From Candidatus Eiseniibacteriota bacterium (lineage in GTDB: Bacteria; Eisenbacteria; RBG-16-71-46; CAVPCR01): DNA of 64,000 nt. Below the pieces are notes generated by a model. That model saw nothing but the letters and a program-made list of their open reading frames with translations, was not told the origin of the DNA and made no database searches. Numbering within the stretch: position 1 is the first letter of the stretch; each line of letters begins with the position of its first letter. The translations under genes were made by a program, and so were the position numbers. This document shows, in pieces, positions 29,780-41,644 of the stretch. Where the stretch lies: positions 1 to 64,000 of the forward strand of contig CAWGMA010000003.1 of NCBI GenBank assembly GCA_963823555.1. Reading direction: 5' to 3'.

Positions 29780-31165
29780 CTACGCCACGGCGGCCTTCCG
29801 GTAAAGACACCGGCCGGCGCGCTCGAGGCCACCGGTTGCCGCCGGCAGGCGCTCGCCGCCTCCGATCATGAGGTAGCCGCCGGGACGAAGCGCCGCGGCG
29901 AACCGTTCGGCCATGGCGCGCTGCCGCGCGGCGCCAAGATAGGTGAATGCCACGTTGCGACAGAGGATCAAATCGAGCGGCGCGGGCAGGGGTTCCCGCA
30001 TGAAATCGCGGCGCACGAAACGCACGCCGGCGGTGAGTGCGGGGGCGAGCCGGTAGACCGTGCCGTCCGCGGTCGCTTCCGGCGCGAAGCGACGGGCCAG
30101 GACATCGGCCGGCACGGAATGCACGCTGGCCGGGGGATACGCCGCCGTCCGGGCTCGTTCGAGCACCTCCTCGCGCACGTCGACGGCGAGGATGTCGAGA
30201 CCCGCAGCGGGCCAGCGTTCGTTCCACAGGAGGCGGAGCGTGTACGGCTCCTCTCCCGAAGCGCAACCCAGGCTCGCGGCGCGGGCCGCCCGCCCGAGCG
30301 CGGCGAGCGCCGGCAGGGCCGTCTCCGCCAGATGGAACCAGTCCTCGCGATCGCGGAAGAATCGCGAGATCGTGACGCCGAGGATCTCGGTGAGCCGTAT
30401 CTCCTCCTCGGGATGCGCGGTCACGTGATCGAGATATCCGGCGTAGCTCTCGATTCCGAGCGCCGCCATGCGCGCGACGAGGCGCGAGCGGAGGTGGCGG
30501 CGCGGCTTGCGATATCCGGACCACGAGAGATCGAGCCGGGACAGGAGCTCGCGCAGGAAGTCGTCGAAGCGCGCCCACCCCCGGTGGTCGTCGACCGCGA
30601 GACCGCCCACCGGTGGCCGTAGCGGAGCGATGGGCCGCGAGCCCGCCCCCAGGTCGAGCGCCCCGAGCCGGGCGCGAATGTGCGCGGTGTGACTCCCCTC
30701 CCAGTAGACCTGCCCGCACGCGAGACAGCGCCGGAAGTCGCGCCCGCGCTCGCGAACGACGGCGGGCACATCAGCCACCACCTCGCCGAGCGCGACCGTC
30801 TCGGTGAGGCCGTTGCAGAGGCTGCAGCGCGTGAACAGGCGCGCCAGCGGGTCGGCGGGGAAGGCCCGATAGAACTCGCGCAGCTGAGAATCGAGATCGG
30901 TGGCGAGGATGAGAAGGCGATGGTGCCGCGGCAAGGGAAAGGTGCGATCGCGGGTCACGACGGTGCGCGATTCGATGCGCGCGAGCCGCGCCAGCCCGGC
31001 GCGCGTGGGCTCGTGGCTGCCGGGCAACGCGGGGGAGATCACGTCTTCCCCGGCCACCCGCAGCCAGCGCGCCAGACGCGCGAGCATGCGGTCGGCGAGG
31101 AACCGGCGCGCCTCCCGGCGCGCCTCCTGGCCCGAGGCCGAGGTGATCATGGCACCTTCATCCAT
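29780..31165 (-). CDS. Mut7-C (PIN-like) RNase domain fused to a CheR-type methyltransferase
   Basis: FLADRMLARLARWLR, VTRDR, RCSLCN, RCLACGQVYWEGSH; then TISRFFRD, GCASGEEPYTL, DLILCRNV, LRPGGYLMIG. Confidence 0.82.
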   Translation of the reverse strand: MDEGAMITSASGQEARREARRFLADRMLARLARWLRVAGEDVISPALPGSHEPTRAGLARLARIESRTVVTRDRTFPLPRHHRLLILATDLDSQLREFYRAFPADPLARLFTRCSLCNGLTETVALGEVVADVPAVVRERGRDFRRCLACGQVYWEGSHTAHIRARLGALDLGAGSRPIAPLRPPVGGLAVDDHRGWARFDDFLRELLSRLDLSWSGYRKPRRHLRSRLVARMAALGIESYAGYLDHVTAHPEEEIRLTEILGVTISRFFRDREDWFHLAETALPALAALGRAARAASLGCASGEEPYTLRLLWNERWPAAGLDILAVDVREEVLERARTAAYPPASVHSVPADVLARRFAPEATADGTVYRLAPALTAGVRFVRRDFMREPLPAPLDLILCRNVAFTYLGAARQRAMAERFAAALRPGGYLMIGGGERLPAATGGLERAGRCLYRKAAVA

Positions 31166-31232
31166 GGACGCTCGCTTGAGGTATAATCGTGTCGGCCGTC
31201 ACCGGCGGCTTGCGTAGCGCGGGGAGAGGCGG

Positions 31233-34200
31233 ATGCCACGATCGAGCTCGACAGGGTTGCTTCTCCCACTCGCCGCACTCTGCGTTCTCGCCGCCTCTCC
31301 CCACAGAGCCGGTGCGGCCCCGCTTCCGCTCACTCACTCCGATCATGCCATCGAGTTCGACGGCATCACCATCCACACGACGACGTACCTCATCCGGAAT
31401 CCGCAAGCCCTCGCGCTTCCGGGCTCCCGGGGTGTCGTTCTCCTGTGGGGTGAGGAGCTTCCCGACGGTCGCCTGATCCCCACCTACGCCATCAGTCTCG
31501 ATGGCCGGCGGTTCGCGCGCGTCCGCGAGGCCAGCGCCACCCTGCGCCTCCGCTACGCGGAGTTCGATCCCCTCGTACGACCACCCGAAGTGGCGCCCGC
31601 GCTCGCGGCCGATGGGGCAAGCGAGCTTGCGATCGTCCAGTTCCGGACGCGCCCGCTGGCCGAATACGCAACCGCGATCCGCGACCTCGGTGGGCAAGTC
31701 TACACCCCGCTCGCCGACCAGGCGCTCATCGCGCGGCTGCCCGCCGCCGCGCGGGCGGAGTTGAGCCGGCTCCCGCTCGTGCGCTGGGTCGGCCCGGTGC
31801 ATCCAGCCTACAAGATCGAGGCGGAGATCCTCGCCCCGCTCGCCGCATCCGGCACGCTCGCGCCGCGACGCTACTCGATCATGCTCTACGAACGCGGACC
31901 GGAGGCGCAGGCCCGCGTGGCCACCGCGATCGAGGCGGCCGGCGGCCTCGTGCACGGCACGACGCCGGCGGGCTTCCGCCTCGAGGCCACGCTCGACGGC
32001 GCGCAGCTGCTCGCCGCGGCCCGGCGCGACGAGGTCATGTTCATCGATCGCAAGGGCGAGATGGAAGCCGACATGGACATCGTGCGCGTGATCGGCGGCA
32101 GCGACTACATCCACAAGACCCTCGGCTTCCTCGGGACCGGGGTCTCCGGCGAGGTCATGGACACCGAGCTCGAGCTCACGCATCCGGAGTGGGCGCATCC
32201 GCCGCTCGTGCACCTTCCCGGCGGCGACATCGTGCACGGCACGCGCGTCTTCGGCATCGTCTTCGCGCAGGGACTCAACCCCCGCGCGCGCGGGCTCCTG
32301 CCCGACGGGCAGGGGATCTTCGCCTATCGCACGCCGCTGCTCGGCGGCGGGCCGACTCGCTACCAGCACACCGCGGAGCTGGTCGACCCGGCCGGTCCCT
32401 ACCGCGCCGTCTTCCAGACCGACAGCACCGGGGATCCGCTCTCGACCGAGTACACGACGATCTCGGCCGAGATGGACGACATCCTCTTCCTCTACGACAT
32501 CGTGATCACCCAGTCGCAGAGCAACGACGGCGACCAGGGGTCGCGCCCGCAGGCCTGGGCCAAGAACATCGTCTCCTGCGGCGGCATCAAGCACCACGAC
32601 ACGCTCGACCGGAGCGACGACCGCTGGGATGGCTACGCGAGCATCGGGCCGGCCGCCGACGGCCGCATCAAGCCCGACCTCGCGCACTTCTGCGACTATG
32701 TCTACACGACGACGGTTGGCGGCGGATACACCGCCACCATGGCGGCACCAGCGCCGCCACGCCGATCATCGGTGGACACTTCGGCCTCTTCTTCCAGATG
32801 TGGCACGAGGGAGTCTTCCCGGGGTTCGGCGGCGGCCCCTCGGTGTTCGACGATCGCCCGCACATGACGACGGCCAAGGCGCTCATGGTCAACACCGCCT
32901 TCCGCTACGACTGGCACGTTGCGGGGCCGAACGGCGATCTCGATCGCTTCAAGCAGGGCTGGGGCATGGCCGACCTCCAGAAGCTCTACGATGACCGGGA
33001 GCACATCCTGATCATCGACGAGAGCGACATCCTCGCGCCCTTCGAATCACGGGAGTACCAGATCGAGGTCGGCGACACCGACACCGAGCTCCGCGCCACG
33101 CTGGTCTACGCCGATCCGCGCGGCAACGTCGGGTCGACGCAGCACCGGATCAACGATCTCTCGCTCCGCGCCACGAGCCCGCTGGGAACGATCTACTGGG
33201 GCAACGTCGGCCTGATCGACGACAACTGGTCCACTCCCGGCGGCGCCTCGAACACGATCGACACGGTCGAGAACATCTTCATCGCCGATCCGGAGCCCGG
33301 GACGTGGACCGTCGCGGTCATCGCCGACGAGCTGATCGAGGACTCCCACCTCGAGACGCCGGAGCTCGATGCCGACTTCGCGCTGGTGGCGGCGGCGCAT
33401 GGCCCGCCGCCCCCGCCGCCGGTGGTGCCGGTCCTCTGGGACAACGGTCCCCTCGTGACCCATCCCGGCCAGGGCGCCGGCGGCGCCGATGCCAGCGCGA
33501 GAGAGAGCGTGACCCTCGGGGAAGCGATCATGGGCTACAGCCACCATGTCGCCACCGGGGCGCGTGTGGCCGATGACTTCACCGCGGATGACGCATGGAC
33601 CATCGAGCAGATCGAGTTCTTCGCCTATCAGACCGGAGCCGGCCCCGGGAACCCGACCATCCACCACGCCAACGTCCGCATCTGGGAAGGCTCGCCGCTC
33701 GAACCAGGTAGCCGCGTGGTGTACGGGGACTCGCTCACCAATCTGCTCACCGGAGCGGTCTGGGACACGCTCTATCGCACCGACGAGACGACGGTCCCCA
33801 CCGCCACCGACCGCGCGGTCTACCGGCTCAGGTGCGAGGTCGAGGGCTGGACGCTCCCGCCCGGCACCTACTGGATCGACTGGCAGGTGGACGGGACGCT
33901 CAGCTCCGGACCCTTCGTGCCGCCGATCACGATCCCTGGACAGACGAACCCGCCCGGCGCCAACGCCATCCAGTACTCGGACGCGAGCTGGCATCCGGTC
34001 ATGGACACCGGAAGCCTCACGCCGGATGATTTCAAGTTCGTGCTCCGCGGCAAGATCGAGAACACCCCGGCGAGCGCCGGCGGATCGAGCCCGGATGTGG
34101 CGCGGGCGATCGTGTCGCTCCGGCCCAACCCCTTCAATCCACTGCTGACGATCGAGCTCTCGTTCGCGCGCGCGGGAGTGGCCAGCCTCCGCCTCTACGA

Positions 34201-34378
34201 TGTGAGAGGACGGCTCATGCGCTCGCTCCTCGACGGCCGGGTCGCGGCCGGAACCAGCACCATCGAGTGGGACGGGCGTGACGCGGCGGGAGCCGCGCTG
34301 CCTTCCGGCGCCTACCTCTACGAGCTGCGGATCGATGGCCGCGTGCGCGATCGCGGCAAGGCCGTTCTCCTCCGGTAG
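31233..34378 (+). CDS. Secreted S8 (subtilisin-family) serine peptidase with C-terminal FlgD-Ig domain; one frameshift near 32740
   Basis: Triad VMDTE / HGTRVFGI / GGTSAATP; GPAADGRIKPD; PNPFNP...YDVRGR..WDGRD; TATAAT at 31182-31187 upstream. Confidence 0.88.
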
Positions 34379-34461
34379 CCCGCGGGTTCGCCACAGGTCA
34401 ATGGTAGACTCCGGCCATCGCTCCGAGCACGGGGCTCATTCCATCCCCGGGAGGTCATCGC

Positions 34462-34524
34462 ATGATCGGGCGGACGCTGGCCCACTACAAGATCCTGTCG
34501 AAGCTCGGCGCGGGCGGAACATGA
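34462..34524 (+). pseudogene. 20-codon remnant of a Ser/Thr protein kinase N-terminus
   Basis: RBS GGAGGT, then MIGRTLAHYKILSKLGAGGT*, matching the start of Hanks-type kinases up to the Gly-rich loop. Confidence 0.65.
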
Positions 34525-34550
34525 CGGAGCCTGGAACATGACCGACGACC

Positions 34551-35819
34551 GTGACACGCCTCGAGATGGAGGAGGGGTTCGACCTCCCCGCCGTCCCCGC
34601 GACACCGCATGAGATCGGCCGCGCCTACCGTGAGGTGCTGACGCTGGGGACGGGCGGACTCATCCTCGCCCGCAAGGATCATCTGCTCTCCCTCTTCGCC
34701 GCCGGCGGGGATCTCGTTCATCTCGATCTCGAAGGCCGCTTGCATCGCGCCTGGATCGGCGGCGACTCCTACCAGCGTGGGTTCGATGGGCGCGTGCGCC
34801 GGGTGGTGATCGAACGCGATGATGCGTTCCGTTCGCTCGCGATCGAGCTCATCGCCGAGGAGCGCGCCGAGGAGCTGATGGAGAATGCGGGCGCTCTCGT
34901 GCGAGCGGCCGCGCGGGCGCTGCCGGCGGCGGCGCCGGCCACGATCGCGGGACCGCTGGCCCGGGCCGGACGCTGGGATCCGGCTCGTTACCGCGCGGAG
35001 ATCGAACGCTTCCGCACGATCTACGACCCCATCCCCATCCTGCCGCCGGCTGAGAACCGCTCGCTCGTCGTCCAGCTCACCTCCGGCTGCTCGTGGAACC
35101 GCTGCACGTTCTGCCACCTCTACCGCGACGCCACCTTCACGCTCAAGACACCAGAGCTCCTGCGCAGCCACGTCGAGGCGGTGCTGGCGCTCGTCGGCCG
35201 CGCGCTGCCGCTCCGCCGCGGCATCTTCCTGGGTCAGGCCAATGCGCTCTGCGTGGCGCAGGAGAAGCTCCTCCCGCTCATCGAGATCGTGCGCGAGGAG
35301 CTGGCCCGGGTCGGCGCTCCTGCGGGATTCGACCGGCTGGCCGCGTTCGTCGACGCCTTCTCGGCGCCGAAAACCGCGGATGACTATCGAGAATTGCGAG
35401 CGCGAGGACTCGAGAGCGTGGCCCTCGGGCTCGAGAGCGGCAACGCCGATGTGCTGGCGCAGCTCGGGAAGCCCGCCGAGGCGGAGCAGGCGATCGCGCT
35501 GGCCGCGGCGACGCGCGCCGCGGCTGTCCGGCTCGGGATCATCGTCCTCGTCGGCGCCGGCGGCGCCGGCCTGGCTCGCGCCCACGTCGCGGACACGGTG
35601 CGCACGATCGTTGCGATGCAGGCAACGCGGCGCGATCGGATCTACCTGTCACCCCTCGTCATCCACCCCGGCTCGGTGTACGAGGAGCGTGGCACCGGGG
35701 CGGACCGCCTCGATGCCGCTGGTCTCGCGGCCCAGGCGGCGGAGATCCGCGACGGGCTGCGCGCGGCGGGGGTCGCGGCGCCGATCGCGCTCTACGACAT
35801 CCGGCGCTTCATCTACTGA
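34551..35819 (+). CDS. Radical SAM protein
   Basis: CxxxCxxC in GCSWNRCTFC; IFLGQANAL, LGLESG. Confidence 0.88.
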   Translation: MTRLEMEEGFDLPAVPATPHEIGRAYREVLTLGTGGLILARKDHLLSLFAAGGDLVHLDLEGRLHRAWIGGDSYQRGFDGRVRRVVIERDDAFRSLAIELIAEERAEELMENAGALVRAAARALPAAAPATIAGPLARAGRWDPARYRAEIERFRTIYDPIPILPPAENRSLVVQLTSGCSWNRCTFCHLYRDATFTLKTPELLRSHVEAVLALVGRALPLRRGIFLGQANALCVAQEKLLPLIEIVREELARVGAPAGFDRLAAFVDAFSAPKTADDYRELRARGLESVALGLESGNADVLAQLGKPAEAEQAIALAAATRAAAVRLGIIVLVGAGGAGLARAHVADTVRTIVAMQATRRDRIYLSPLVIHPGSVYEERGTGADRLDAAGLAAQAAEIRDGLRAAGVAAPIALYDIRRFIY

Positions 35820-35872
35820 AGCTTCGCTGCCACCGGTCTCTGCTGCGGCAGGGGATCACGGCACAGCGAGAG

Positions 35873-36271
35873 TCAAGGCGCGCCCGCGATCACCGCATCG
35901 ACCTCGATCTCGACCAGCATGTCGGGGCTCACGAGCCGCTTCACCTCGACCATGGTCGCCGCCGGGCGGATATCCCGGAAGAACTCGGCATGCGCCCGCC
36001 CGATGGCCTCCCAGTCGTCGATGTTGGTGACGTACATGCGGGTGCGCACCACGTCGGACATTCGCGCCCCGGCCGCGGAGAGCGCCGCCTCGATGTTGCG
36101 GAGCGCCTGCACGGCCTGGGCGTAGGCATCGCCGGCGCCCACGAGCCGCCCGGCGGCGTCGGTGGCGGTGGTTCCGGCGACATGAACCTGGTTGCCGACG
36201 CGCACGGCGCGCGAGTAGCCGACGATGGGTTCCCAGGGGGCCCCGCTCGAGATGTTCTTCCGCTCGATCAT
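35873..36271 (-). CDS. RidA/YjgF-family protein
   Basis: [47 protein letters not shown]. Confidence 0.92.
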   Translation of the reverse strand: MIERKNISSGAPWEPIVGYSRAVRVGNQVHVAGTTATDAAGRLVGAGDAYAQAVQALRNIEAALSAAGARMSDVVRTRMYVTNIDDWEAIGRAHAEFFRDIRPAATMVEVKRLVSPDMLVEIEVDAVIAGAP

Positions 36272-36281
36272 CGCCCGGCCG

Positions 36282-36884
36282 CTAGCGCCCCGCGGCCGGG
36301 GTCTCGCTCCCGGCGAAGGTGAATACCGAGCGCAGGAACTTCACCATCCGCGACAGGAACCATATCGAGACCAGGACGAGGGCCATGACGACGAAGAACG
36401 CGATCACCGGATGCGCGACCGCGAGCCAGAGGAGGCCGAGAACCAGGCCGTCGCCGGCGAGGCTCGCCGTCCAGTTCGAGAACGGCTCGGGCGAGGCGTT
36501 GATGGCCGCCCGTGAGGTCGCCTTGGTGAGATGCGAATTGAGAGCCACCGTGCCGCCGAGGAGCGCCGCCATCACCTGAAAGATCGGAGAGGTGTCACCG
36601 ACCGCCATGTAGGCGAGCGCCGCTCCCCCGAGCGGACGGATGAAGGTATGGATCGTATCCCACACCGAATCGACCGCCGGGATCTTGTCGGCCACGAACT
36701 CGATCACGTAGAAGAGACCCGCAGTCACGAGGACGACCACGCTGCTCAAGGGATCGAGCGAGCTGGGGAGATCGATCCATCCCAGGCGATGGGTGAGCCC
36801 GAGGACGAACACGACGGCATAGAGATTGATGCCCGTGGCCCAGCTCGTGCCGAGCATGAGACCCAGAGTCGCCAGGGTTTCCAT
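36282..36884 (-). CDS. DUF4126 membrane protein
   Basis: [41 protein letters not shown]. Confidence 0.85.
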   Translation of the reverse strand: METLATLGLMLGTSWATGINLYAVVFVLGLTHRLGWIDLPSSLDPLSSVVVLVTAGLFYVIEFVADKIPAVDSVWDTIHTFIRPLGGAALAYMAVGDTSPIFQVMAALLGGTVALNSHLTKATSRAAINASPEPFSNWTASLAGDGLVLGLLWLAVAHPVIAFFVVMALVLVSIWFLSRMVKFLRSVFTFAGSETPAAGR

Positions 36885-36918
36885 CTCTTGTTACCTGCTG
36901 GGGGGGGCCGCGCCGAGC

Positions 36919-37428
36919 CTATTCCAGCTCGTACATGGCTGCCTTGGGTGTCGCCTTGGCCCTGACCGAATCCGGCATGGTCGCGGCCGAGTCCGGGCTC
37001 GCCGACGCGGCTACCAGGTGGCGCAAGTAGTTGATGACATCCCAGCGCTGTTCGGGCTCGAGGTCCTTCTCGAAGCTGGGCATGGGCCGCCTGCCTTCGG
37101 TGATCTTCCAGAAGAGCTCCCCATCGCTCTGCGCAGGGATTCGATGGACGATGTCGGCCGGCTTCCTCGAGAGCCCCTTGGCCATCTTGCCGTCACCGTG
37201 ACCGTCGGCGCCGTGGCAACCCAGACAGGTGCTCCGGTAGATAGCCGCTCCCCGCGCCACGGATTCCTCGCCCGCCGCGATCGGGTTCGGAACCCCACGT
37301 GCTTCTTCAGGGGCGCGCCACCCCCCCAGCTCGGTGGCCGCCGGGGCCGGCTTGTCCTCGGCCCAGGAGCCAGCACCCATGAGAAGCGCCACCCCGGCCG
37401 CCACGGTGAGAATCGATATCGCTCGCAT
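36919..37428 (-). CDS. Monoheme c-type cytochrome
   Basis: Signal peptide; CLGCH, SDGELFWKITEG..PMP. Confidence 0.87.
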   Translation of the reverse strand: MRAISILTVAAGVALLMGAGSWAEDKPAPAATELGGWRAPEEARGVPNPIAAGEESVARGAAIYRSTCLGCHGADGHGDGKMAKGLSRKPADIVHRIPAQSDGELFWKITEGRRPMPSFEKDLEPEQRWDVINYLRHLVAASASPDSAATMPDSVRAKATPKAAMYELE

Positions 37429-37670
37429 GGCCAATCCTTGATCGATGTGACAACGCCCCACGGACCGGGGCTTCGGGACAACAGATCCGCTGCCGGCCGG
37501 CCCCGCCGGGCTCGAGGGCCCATAGAGGTTACCGTCTCGACGGCCGCGGTGCCAGATCCTGTCCCGGCCTTCTGGACCTCGGAGTCTACAGGCCCCGGAG
37601 TGGGTGCGGATCATCTTCCACGAAGCCGGTACAATGCCGGAACCCACTCTTTCACGATGCAGGAGGCGTC

Positions 37671-38330
37671 ATGAAGATCAATCGCTCGATGAGTATCGCG
37701 ATCATCCTCGCGGGTGCGATCTCGATCATCGGTTGCTCGGACCGTGGGGCGCGCAGCCCCGAGCCATCCCCCGCGGCCCGGCCCGAGGCCGCGGCCCCGG
37801 CACCGGCCGCGGAGCCGGAGGCCGCAGCGGCCGGCACCGCGGCTTCTCCGGCGGAGCTCCCGGCAGCGGCGGAGGAGACATCGGCGCCCGCTCCGACCGA
37901 AGCGACGAGCCAGCCTGTGCCTGCCGCGACGAGCGAGCCCGCGGCCGTCGCCGCCGAGCCGGCGGTACGATCCGCGCCGGAGTCGACGCCGGCGTCCCCG
38001 CCCGCCCCGGAAGCCGCCGCGGCGCGGATCGAGGTTCGGGCGACCAAGGCCGGCTTGACGCGCATCGGTGCCGAGAAGTGCAAGATGTGCCACAAGCTCC
38101 AGTACGACTCCTGGGCGGCGACGAAGCACGCGGCCGAAAGCCCGGCGCTCGACTGCGAGTCGTGCCATGGACCGGGGAGCGAGTACAAGGTGATGGCGAT
38201 CATGAAGGACCCGGCGCAGGCCAAGGCGGCCGGCCTCGTCATGCCGGGAAAGGAGTTCTGCGTGAAATGCCACCAGGACAACTGGTCGGACGACATGATC
38301 GCCAAGGTGCACGCGCACAAGAAGAAATGA
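37671..38330 (+). CDS. Triheme c-type cytochrome lipoprotein with a Pro/Ala-rich linker
   Basis: Lipobox IIGC; CKMCH, CESCH, CVKCH. Confidence 0.85.
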   Translation: MKINRSMSIAIILAGAISIIGCSDRGARSPEPSPAARPEAAAPAPAAEPEAAAAGTAASPAELPAAAEETSAPAPTEATSQPVPAATSEPAAVAAEPAVRSAPESTPASPPAPEAAAARIEVRATKAGLTRIGAEKCKMCHKLQYDSWAATKHAAESPALDCESCHGPGSEYKVMAIMKDPAQAKAAGLVMPGKEFCVKCHQDNWSDDMIAKVHAHKKK

Positions 38331-38456
38331 GACCGCTCGAGACGCGGGCCATGACGACGCCATGCGCGCCGGGTCGATGCCCGCCATGAGTCGTCAGCGA
38401 TGTGCTATAAGCCGGGGCATCGGACCATGAGCGTGATGAAAGGAAGCGAGAGAAAT

Positions 38457-39793
38457 ATGATCGCTAGGACCCGAGCAGATCGCTTGACGATGCTGTTGCT
38501 GATGCTTCCTGTCCTCATCGTGGTCCCGACCCTGTCCGTTGCCGAGGACACACCGGACGCCGAAGTGCCAGCAGCATCCACGGCGCCGGAAGCGCCGGCA
38601 GGACCGGCTGTCCCGCCATCGACTCCGCTCGATCAGATGAGTCTCCGGCTCTCACCGCTCACCGAGGCTGATCTCGCCGCCGAGGCCGACGCCTGGCTGG
38701 CTCTCGCCAAGGCCGAGACCCAGAAGGTCGTCGACGCCCGACTCAGGCTAGGAAGAGCCAGCGAAGCCGAGACGGCCGCTGCAGGCGAGGCCGTCATGGC
38801 CGTCCGAGCCGAACGACGCGAGATCTTCGAGCGCTTCTCAGCCGTGCTCTCCGCCTGGGAGGGCAAGGGCGGCGATCCAGCGAAGATCGCCACCTACCGC
38901 CAGTACATGAGCGCCGTGGCCAAGAGGGGCTCAAGTCGACCCAGATCTCGACCCTCTGGGCCCTGGCCAAGAGGTGGCTCACTTCCCGTGACGGCGGCAT
39001 CCGCTGGGCCATCCGGATCGTGCTCTTCGTGATCGCACTGATGCTCCTGGGCGCGGTGGCGAAGATCGTGTTCGCCTTGACCGGAAGGGCCCTCGGCCGC
39101 GTGCCGGACATCTCCAAGCTGCTCAAGGACTTTCTGGTCCGCGCTGCCTACTGGCTCACGCTGATCATCGGACTCGCCATCGTCGCCTCGCTCCTCGGTG
39201 TCAACATGTCGCCCGTGTTGGCCATGATCGGCGGCGCCAGCTTCATCATCGCCTTTGCGATGCAGAGCACGCTCTCGAACTTCGCGGCCGGTCTCCTGAT
39301 CATGATCTACAAGCCGTTCGATGTCGGGAACGTCGTCACCCTGGCCGGGACCACGGGCACGGTCAAGGAGGTCAGCCTGGTCTCGACGACCCTGGTCACC
39401 GGCGACAACCAGGTGATCGTCATTCCCAACGGCAATGTCTGGAGCAGTGTCATCACGAACATCACGGTGAACGACCAGCGCCGCGTGGATCTCATCTTCG
39501 GAATCGGGTATGACGACGACGCCGATCTTGCTCGCAAGATCCTCGAAGAGGTGGTCGCCGCCCATCCGCTGGTGCTCAAGGAACCGGCCCCGGTCGTGCG
39601 CCTGAACGAGCTCGGCGATTCCTCGGTGAACTTCATCTGCCGGCCGTGGGCCAAGACCGCCGACTACTGGACCGTCTACTGGGATGTCACCCAGCAGGTC
39701 AAGCAGCGCTTCGACGCGGCGAGCATCTCGATTCCGTTCCCGCAGCGCGACGTCCATGTCTACACGCACGGCACCGCCCCGGCGACACCTTGA
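38457..39793 (+). CDS. mscS: Small-conductance mechanosensitive channel with N-terminal periplasmic extension (frameshift near 38930)
   Basis: FAMQSTLSNFAAG, PFDVG, IPNGNVW, RRVDL.FGIGY, LGDSSVNF, IPFPQRDVH. Confidence 0.85.
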
Positions 39794-39802
39794 GATCTGG
39801 AG

Positions 39803-41623
39803 ATGGAAGCCTATCCGCCCATCGAGAACCATGGCATCATCGGCGATCTCCACACGGTCGCCCTTGTCAGCACGGACGCGACGATCGACTTCCTCTGCTT
39901 CCCCGATTTCGACTCGCCGTCGATCTTCGCCTCGCTGCTGGACGCCCAGCGCGGGGGCTCGTTCGAGCTGGCGCCGAGCCGCGAAGAAGCGACCCGGAAA
40001 CAGATCTATCTACCCGACTCGAACATTCTCCTCACCCGCTTTCTCTCCGCGGAGGGTGTCGCCGAGATATCCGACTTCATGCCGGTCGAGGAGGATGGGG
40101 TCGCCCATAACCTCGTGCGGCGCGTGAAGGCGGTGCGCGGCGAGAGCCATATCCGCATGCGGCTGGCGCCGCGGTTCGACTACGGGAGAGCGCGCCATCA
40201 CATCGAGCGGAATGCTGACGGTGCTGTCGTCTTCATCCCCGAGGGCGGCCCCAACCCGGCGCTTCGTCTCCGCACCGAGGTTCCCGTCGAGATCCGCAAC
40301 GGGGACGCCTGCGCCGAGTTCACGCTGCGCTCGGGGGAGTCCGCCGCGTTCGTGCTCGAACAGGCCACAGCGGGCGAAGAGTCACCCTGCTCGGCAGCGC
40401 ACTACGTTGCCGACTCTTTCAAGCAGACCCTCAACTTCTGGCGCTCCTGGATCGGGCGCTCCACGTACAACGGACGCTGGCGGGAGATGGTCAACCGCTC
40501 GGCGCTCACACTCAAGTTGCTGTTCTCACAGAAGCACGGCTCCATGGTCGCGGCGGCTACCTACGGCCTACCGGAAGAGATCGGAGGAGAGCGCAACTGG
40601 GACTATCGCTACACCTGGATCCGCGACACCTCCTTTGCCGCCTATGCGCTGTTCCGCCTCGGATACACCGATGAGGCGGCGCGGTTCATGGACTGGATCG
40701 GAGCACGATGCGCGGAGATCGAAACCGGGGATGCGCTCGGCATCATGTACGCCGCCGACGGCCACATGGAGCTCAAGGAGGAGGAACTCCGGCACTTCGC
40801 CGGCTATCGGGGTTCGGTCCCGGTGCGGATCGGCAATGCCGCCTACAATCAGCTCCAGCTCGACATCTACGGCGAACTCATGGACGCGGTGTATCTCCAC
40901 GACAAGTACGGATCCCAGATTTCCTATGACCTCTGGTGCCACCTGGTTCCTCTCGTCGACTGGGTCTGTGACAACTGGCAGCTCCCCGACGAAGGCATCT
41001 GGGAAACGCGGGGCCCCCGTCAGGAGTTCCTGTTCTCTCGCCTCATGTGCTGGGTTGCCCTCGACCGAGCCATCCGCCTGGCCCGCAAGCGCTCCCTTCC
41101 CGGGCCGCTTCCCCGCTGGTTCGAGACGAGGGACGAGATCTACCGCGACATCTTCACGAATTTCTGGAACGCGCGGCTGGGGGCCTTCGTGCAGTACAAG
41201 GGCGCGACCGTGCTCGATGCCGGGGCGCTCATCATGCCTCTGGTCCGCTTCATCAGCGCCAAGGATCCGCGCTTTCTCTCGACGCTCAGGGCGATCGAGG
41301 CCGATCTGGTGAGCGACTCGCTCGTCTACCGCTACCACACCGGGGATCACTTCTCGGACGGGCTCGAGGGGCGGGAAGGCACCTTCAGCCTGTGCAGCTT
41401 CTGGTACGTCGAGTGCCTGTCGCGGTCGGGAGATCTCGAGAAGGCACGCTTCTACTTCGAGAAGATGCTCGGCTATGCCAATCACCTCGGGCTCTTCGCC
41501 GAACAGCTCGGCCCGCGCGGGGAACACCTGGGGAACTTCCCCCAGGCGTTCACCCACCTGGCGCTCATCAGTGCGGCCTACGACCTCGACCGGCGACTTT
41601 CGGTGGCGGGCCGGCCGGAGTAG
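39803..41623 (+). CDS. Glycoside hydrolase family 15 (trehalase/glucoamylase-like)
   Basis: IGDLHTVALV, LPEEIGGERNWDYRYTWIRD, QLQLDIYGE, PDEGIWE, GNFPQAFTH. Confidence 0.93.
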   Translation: MEAYPPIENHGIIGDLHTVALVSTDATIDFLCFPDFDSPSIFASLLDAQRGGSFELAPSREEATRKQIYLPDSNILLTRFLSAEGVAEISDFMPVEEDGVAHNLVRRVKAVRGESHIRMRLAPRFDYGRARHHIERNADGAVVFIPEGGPNPALRLRTEVPVEIRNGDACAEFTLRSGESAAFVLEQATAGEESPCSAAHYVADSFKQTLNFWRSWIGRSTYNGRWREMVNRSALTLKLLFSQKHGSMVAAATYGLPEEIGGERNWDYRYTWIRDTSFAAYALFRLGYTDEAARFMDWIGARCAEIETGDALGIMYAADGHMELKEEELRHFAGYRGSVPVRIGNAAYNQLQLDIYGELMDAVYLHDKYGSQISYDLWCHLVPLVDWVCDNWQLPDEGIWETRGPRQEFLFSRLMCWVALDRAIRLARKRSLPGPLPRWFETRDEIYRDIFTNFWNARLGAFVQYKGATVLDAGALIMPLVRFISAKDPRFLSTLRAIEADLVSDSLVYRYHTGDHFSDGLEGREGTFSLCSFWYVECLSRSGDLEKARFYFEKMLGYANHLGLFAEQLGPRGEHLGNFPQAFTHLALISAAYDLDRRLSVAGRPE

Positions 41624-41644
41624 CGGCGTCCCGGTTTCGGATCC

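Noticed and set aside
29780..30600. Chemotaxis locus
   Set aside because: The CheR domain is orphan; there is no cheA, cheB, cheW or MCP in the window.
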